Below, in pieces: positions 60,609 to 64,000 of a stretch of 64,000 bases of DNA (the first letter of the stretch is position 1; each line of letters starts with the position of its first letter). The notes beneath the pieces are model-generated. The model saw nothing but the letters and a program-made list of their open reading frames with translations, was not told the origin of the DNA and made no database searches. The stretch lies in NCBI GenBank assembly GCA_950097015.1, contig CATNEN010000003.1, positions 3,596,001 to 3,660,000 on the forward strand, read 5' to 3'. A program made the position numbers and the translations under genes. Source of the DNA: Macrostomum hystrix (Eukaryota; Animalia; Platyhelminthes).

Positions 60609-61198
60609 AGCGAACTCACGATTCATGAAAAACTGTTTTAATTAAAAATTTTAATTAAAAAATCTAATATTATAAATTCTTAAGATATATTAGTATTGAC
60701 AAATAATTAAACGCCAAGCCATGATGAAGCGATTTCATAATAACAAAAAACTGTCTTAGAAAACTTTATCTAAAACAATAAAAACACAGACTCACACAAT
60801 AAAACACAAGCTGAGTTTTATCCAGTGTCTAAAAGTTTATGGCAAGAACTGTTTTTTTATGTGATTTGTGGAGAGTGCACAGCTAATCAGTCAGTGTACT
60901 AAATTAAGTTGAGGTACGAACTAACGACCTTTCGGATAAAATTCCACCTAAAAGGCAAACACAAATAATCGAAAAACAGATCACGATAAATACTAAAGAG
61001 ATTAATTTTCCTGCAATGCTTTAATGATGAAAATACTCATAAAATGTATTAAGAACATATGAAGAAAATAAAAAATCATATTGAGATTACTAACAGTAGC
61101 AAATAATGCATTTCTACTGACAATTTTCAGCGAGCGTCAATAAAAACATGAGAATACCGAAATGAAAGCAGAGGAAAGCAACGCTAGAAGCAGAAAAC

Positions 61199-64000
61199 CT
61201 AAAGCTTAGTATCGCTATCGCCTGTTCCGATAGGCCTATCAATATCATCGTTATCAATATCAGCCGCTTCGTTAATGCGCTCGCTAGATGAAGACTTGGC
61301 GTCCTTAGTAACGTGAGGAACGGCGATAGCGTACAGTACGGCGTCGTGCAGGCTAATAAAGAACTGGGATTTATTGGCGTGCTTGTAGAAATCGTGCAGT
61401 TCTAGATGGGTCCTGACCGATTCTTTGCAATGTCCGAAGAGCACGCGATAACCCAGCTTTGTTAGGCGCAGGTAGGTCTGCAAACATTTTGGGAGGTTTT
61501 GGGATGAGCTAATGAGAATTTAGGAATTAGTTTATTGCCAACCAGTAGGGATCGAGTATGGTTCTACAGTGATACTAATACGGATTAAGCATGGATCTGT
61601 AACGGATTAAGCATGGATCTGTAACGGATTAAGCATGGATCTGTAACGGATTAAGCATGGATCTGTAACGGATTAAGCATGGATCTGTAACGGATTAAGC
61701 ATGGATCTGTAAAGGATTAAGCATGGATCTGTAACGGATTAAGCATGGATCTGTAACGGATCTGTAACGGATTAAGCATGGATCTGTAACGGATTAAGCA
61801 TGGATCTGTAAAGGATTAAGCATGAATCTGTAACGGATCTGTAACGGATTAAGTATGGGTCTGTAACGGATCTAGCATGGATCTAGTATCGATCTACTAG
61901 GGATCTAGAATTGATCTGGAATAGATTTAGTATGGATCTAGCATGGATTTAGCATGTATTTAGTATGGATCTAGCATGGATTAAGTATGGATTTAGCATG
62001 GATTTAGTATGGATTTAGTATGGATTTAGTATGGATTTAGCATGGATCTAGCATGGATCTATCATGGATTTAGTATGGATCTAGCATGGATTAAGTATGG
62101 ATCTAGCATGGATTTAGTATGGATCTAGCATGGATTAAGTATGGATCTAGCATGGATTTAGTATGGATCTAGCATGGATTAAGTATGGATTTAGTATGGA
62201 TCTAGCATGGATTTAGTATGGATCTAGCATGGATTTAGTATGGATTTAGTATGGATTTAGTATGGATTTAGCATGGATCTAGCATGGATCTATCATGGAT
62301 TTAGTATGGATCTAGCATGGATTAAGTATGGATCTAGCATGGATTTAGTATGGATCTAGCATGGATTTAGTATGGATCTAGCATGGATTTAGTATGGATT
62401 TAGCATGGATTTAGTAATGGATCTAGCATGGATTTAGTATGGATTTAGTATGGATCTAGAATGGATTTAGTATGGATCTAGCATACATTTAGTATGGATT
62501 TAGTATGGATCTAGCATGGATTTAGTATGGATCTAGCATGGATTTAGTATGGATTTAGCATGGATTTAGTATGGATCTAGCATGGATTTAGTATGGATCT
62601 AGCATGGATTTAGTATGGATCTAGCATGGATTTAGTAATGATTTAGCATGGATTTAGTATGGATCTATCATGGATTTAGTATGGATCTAGCATTGCTCAC
62701 CTCTCTGATAGTCCTGACGCCGACCATATCGGCGGACACCCAGGAGGAGCAGTCCAGCACAATGGTGTGCACGAGTTCACTGGAGGCACCGGCGCTGTCT
62801 CCAGCAGCTTCATCATCGCCAGACTGTTGAAGTTCACTAGCCAGACGCAGCAAATAGTCTCGAAATCGTTCAGCGTTGGCAAAATTCACCGGAGCGTCGA
62901 AGCGAACAATTTTCAATCCGGGAATCTCGTTAGCAGAAGCGTACACTTTCACATTCCGGTAGATGTCCGTGTCTTCAATGCGGCCCAGGATGGCAATCCT
63001 CGGGTTCTGCGTTCGCAGAATCACTGAGAACAGTGTGAAGCCCAGACCAATGGCCAGGCCTAGGGTGACATCCAGGATGAGAACGGACAGAGCTGACACC
63101 AGCCACACGCTGAAATCAATGCGAGACACTCGCCAGATCTGCGGCAGCTCGGCGACTTGCAAGATGATGTTTACTAGAGACACGACAATGATGGAGCCCA
63201 GAACGCAGGTTGGAATCGCGCGAAAATATGGCCCGATAGCCAGCAGAACAAGTAGCATACCCATGCAACTGACAAGGCTGGCTAATTGGCTTTTCATGCC
63301 CACCTGGAGTTGGGTTTTTGAGCCGGGCAAGCTTTGTGAGGTTTGAAATTCTCTTTTAGACTTTTGTCGTTTCTAGGAAAGTAGCTACGATTAGGAATGC
63401 AAAAGTTTTTGGTTTCTTAGAAATTATCGCTAAGAGGAAGTTCCAGCTTTCTTAGAAATTTTTCCGGTTGGTTGTAAGAGGAGGTTGTTGTCTTGTGGTT
63501 AGACCGTCGGAATCATGACGTGAAGGTCGGGGGTTCGATTCCCGACTCCACTGGAACAATTTGTGTCATTTAGCAAGACACTTTGCTCTGCATTTCCTCA
63601 GTTCACCTAACTGTTAAATTTGAGGTTGGGTGTGGCGTCCCCCCCCCCCAGTCCATGGACTGAACAGCCGTACGCAGCCTTCAGATGCGCCGCGCAATAG
63701 CTGCTGCTGTGCTTATTGTAATTAATGGCAGTCTTTTTAACTAACTCACCGAAACAACAACGGAATTTCTGGCCAAAGCGCCGCAGGCAAAGAAGCACTG
63801 GAAGAAGCTAGAGATCAGGCTGCTGACGCCCAAGATTGCAAAGTCCTCGTTGAAGTCGTAGTTATATTGAAACTCCAGGCAGTACATTTTGGCCAGAGAC
63901 ATTGTGATGACACCGCCGACAATGCCAACCGGGATTGCCGAGGGGAATACAGTCGGCAGGAATCCCAAGTCAGGAATAATCGGAGCCGGGAGACCGCGTG
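61199..64000 (-). CDS. SLC26 anion transporter paralog D, 5' part outside window; exons >64000-63750, 63303-62701, 61477-61199
   Basis: Homologous to A exons 2-4, same intron positions, STAS motifs. Confidence 0.93.
61579..62692. repeat. Composite minisatellite in D intron 3 (acggattaagcatggatctgta; (atggat(c/t)tag(c/t))n)
   Basis: 11/22-bp periodicity. Confidence 0.93.
63479..63720 (+). mobile_element. SINE family C copy in D intron 2
   Basis: Homologous to 42237-42530. Confidence 0.8.

Overview
Eukaryotic (metazoan) genomic DNA, not prokaryotic: GT-AG introns, tRNA-derived SINEs, Helitrons, MITEs and many minisatellites. Gene style (compact or intronless CDSs, short introns, splice acceptors just upstream of start codons, abundant tandem repeats) suggests a flatworm such as Macrostomum; this is inference only. 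(i) 1.9-8.3 kb: four closely spaced minus-strand genes (small basic RBIS-like gene, SPT4, GDP-D-glucose phosphorylase GDPGP1, LSm-domain/EXD1-like gene), each with a 3' splice acceptor just before its ATG, a candidate trans-spliced operon. (ii) 8.4-20.2 kb: transposon-rich block with a MITE>Helitron>satellite nest, a second Helitron carrying a dead PIF1 helicase, and several 8-bp-TSD MITEs. (iii) UBA52 at 20.7 kb. (iv) 23-64 kb: SLC26/prestin-like anion transporter cluster of three near-identical tandem 4-exon copies, an intronless STAS-less inverted paralog, two diverged 4-exon paralogs and two pseudogenic fragments, interrupted by an intronless RhoGAP gene. Most notable: a canonical histone-mRNA 3' stem-loop with no histone gene, downstream of an SLC26 gene; a 142-nt identical tract between diverged SLC26 paralogs; intronic minisatellites made of branch-point/AG|GT units; altered anion-site residues. 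All coordinates and alignments were derived by eye.
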